Assembly: GCF_964213995.1 (NCBI RefSeq)
Contig: NW_027590224.1
Location: 558,001 to 622,000 of the forward strand
Length of the DNA: 64,000 nucleotides
From: Mustelus asterias
Taxonomy: Eukaryota
Direction of reading: 5' to 3'
Shown here: in pieces, positions 61,646 to 64,000 of the stretch
How positions within the stretch are numbered: position 1 is the stretch's first letter
Layout: each line of letters starts with the position of its first letter
Notes under the pieces: generated by a model
Databases searched by the model: none
Seen by the model: only the letters and a program-made list of their open reading frames with translations
Told to the model about the DNA's origin: nothing
Translations under genes and position numbers: made by a program

Positions 61646-63129
61646 GGCAAACACCCAGTTGCTAATTCTCAGCACACTGACTGACAGGCATAATGGGAGA
61701 ACACCTTCTTCCAAGAGGAAAACGGGATACTGGTCTGTCCAGGAAATTAGCACCCACACACTTTGAGATGAAAAACTTGCTTTGTCACTCAGATTTCGGA
61801 TGCTTTTTATCAGTAACGTATCTGGAAGCAGATAGGAGTGTTCCATTGCCCCCTCGAGAAATCCCCTGTAGCCATTCCTGTCCGTGGCAGGTTGTGAATT
61901 TTCAGCAATCTTCACTGTCTGGTGTCCATTTTTAAAATATACAAATATCCAGCACAAGCTGGTTTTAGTTGAAGGCCCTCAATGCCTGAGCTTTAACCTT
62001 CCCACACAAATGAAAGCAGTGAGGTACTGATCAGGACTTCTTGTAAATCAAGCATGGCAGTGTAACCATGTGAAGCTTGGGATGTAATGTACCAGCAGGG
62101 AGGTTATATCTGTGGATAAATACTTTCAATCTGTCACCCCCCCCCCCCCCCTGCTGACAACTATATGCTCTGACCAGCTGAGTTAAGTAAAGCTGTACCT
62201 GGGATGTGCTTGATGTTATAATGTTCACTTAACAGGATCCTGAGTTCTTGGCGGTTGGTGTTGAGCTCGGCTAAATTTCCTATTTACTAATAAATGTCAG
62301 TACAGGCGTGAATGAAAAGGATTAGTGTATGCAGTTGCAATCTAGAGTAATAACCTATTAATAATAGCGCGGTGCCTCCTAAAATGGTAAGTATGTAAAC
62401 CTTATAATAAGAAAAGGTTCAGGAGAACCATGCAAAAGGAATAACAAAAATAAATGTATTTTCTTGCATTATTGCGTCTCATAAAACAGGTAAAGAGCCC
62501 AAACTAAAGATTTTTCAATTAAACAGTTTCAACCCTGAGAAATGTTCAAAATATTACCAAGCGCTTGGATTTATAAATGTTGGGGCCCATACGTTGGTGC
62601 ACATATGAAGAAAACACGCCCTCATCAACACACTGCCGATACCGTTCAGTGTCTGATAGTATAGTCTCCAGTTACTCACGCAACCACGACACACACAGTC
62701 CAGAAGGGTCTGCGAGCGGGAAGATTATGCAGCAGGAAAAGAAAATGCAGCAAGCTGTCCGTGTAGTGACGCAGGTCCAGTGCGCTGAAGTCTGTCCTCC
62801 TCGGCAGTGCGACTTAGCAAGTTAGCTTCAGCTAATCCTCACTCTCTCCGTCTTCTCAGTGAAAACTACGCCCAGCAGTTTCTAGCCGAAACGTCCACAC
62901 TTGAGAGTACAAGACAATGCGCTTCACACTTTTTCTCAGCAGTAATGAAAATAACAAACAGGACTAAACCTTGCTGCCTTTCACTTCAAACTGGAAAAAA
63001 ACGAGTTACTAAACTGCGACAAACACGAGCTTTAACTGCACAGTAATATTTGTGCCCGTACTGTGAAGTATGTTAGACGACAAATATTATTTGCCTCGAT
63101 GTTAAAACTGGGTTTTTACCGCATGGAAA

Positions 63130-64000
63130 CAGCTTCTCTTCCCCACGCGTGTCTCCCCACTGCAGCTTCCTCTCCCCCCACGTGTCTCTCCCCACTGCAG
63201 CTTCCTCTTCCCCCACGTGTGTCTCCCCACTGCAGCTTCCTCTTCCCCACGTGTGTCCCCCCTGCAGCTTCCTCTCCCCCCACGTGTGTCTCCCCACTGC
63301 AGCTTCCTCTCCCCCACGTGTCTCTCCCCACTGCAGCTTCCTCTCCCCCACGTGTGTCTCCCCACTGCAGCTTCCTCTCCCCACGCGTCTCTCCCACTGC
63401 AGTTTCCTCTCCCCCACGTGTCTCTCCCCACTGCAGCTTCCTCTCCCCACGTGAGTCTCCCCACTGCAGTATCCTCTCCCCCACGTGTCCCCCCCCACTG
63501 CAGCTTCCTCTTCCCCACATGTCTTCCCCCCCCCCCCACTGCAGCTTCCTCTCCCCCACGTGTGTCTCCCCACTGCAGCTTCCTCTCCCCACGTGTGTCT
63601 CCCCCACTGCAGTATCCTCTCCCCCACGTGTGTCTCCCCACTGCAGTATCCTCTCCCCCACGTGTGTCTCCCCACTGCAGTATCCTCTCCCCCACGTGTG
63701 TCTCCCCACTGCAGCTTCCTCTTCCCCACGTGTGTCTCCCCACTGCAGCTTCCTCTCCCCCACGTGTGTCTCCCCACTGCAGCTTCCTCTCCCCACGTGT
63801 GTCTCCCCACTGCAGCTTCCTCTCCCCCACGTGTGTCTCCCCACTGCAGCTTCCTCTCCCCCACGTGTGTCTCCCCACTGCAGCTTCCTCTCCCCCACGT
63901 GCCCCCCCCCATTGCAGCTTCCTCTCCCCCACGTGTCCCCCCCCACTGCAGCTTCCTCTCCCCCACGTGTGTCTCCCCACTGCAGCTTCCTCTCCCCCAC
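63130..64000 (+). repeat. 34-bp minisatellite (cccccacgtgtgtctccccactgcagcttcctct), runs off the window
   Basis: Tandem period of 34; most units carry CACGTG; G-rich on the minus strand. Confidence 0.95.

Noticed and set aside
62133-63120. Possible transposon or gene fragment
   Set aside because: No recognisable domain or terminal repeat within the window; left unassigned.
63073-64000. Minus-strand ORFs of ~295 aa
   Set aside because: A 34-bp minisatellite lacking stops; all three frames are open.

Overview
Eukaryotic genomic DNA, most likely from a shark (HE1-type V-SINEs, CR1, Rex/Babar, Penelope-like elements, epsilon/gamma-type ERV). The window holds a tandem cluster of three copies of a B7/butyrophilin-superfamily-like single-IgV type I membrane protein gene on the + strand. 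Copy A is represented only by its 3' exons (630-3547). Copy B can be assembled in frame: putative ATG-only exon 1 at 14849-14851, then leader 35705-35768, IgV 36560-36904, Pro-rich stalk 38803-38841, TM 39870-39978 and tail 41983-42151, giving 242 aa. Copy C has its promoter/ATG exon(s) and leader exon, but its homology breaks off just before the IgV acceptor. Intron 1 of copy B contains a ~17.8 kb 33-bp satellite, which explains most of the long ORFs in the track. The intergenic DNA carries Penelope-like retroelements and their fold-back derivatives; these contain minimal hammerhead ribozyme motifs and sit repeatedly at the same site of a 43-bp minisatellite. It also carries defective, nested endogenous retroviruses. 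Exon boundaries were read from splice signals and phase; repeat boundaries are approximate; no database searches were run.
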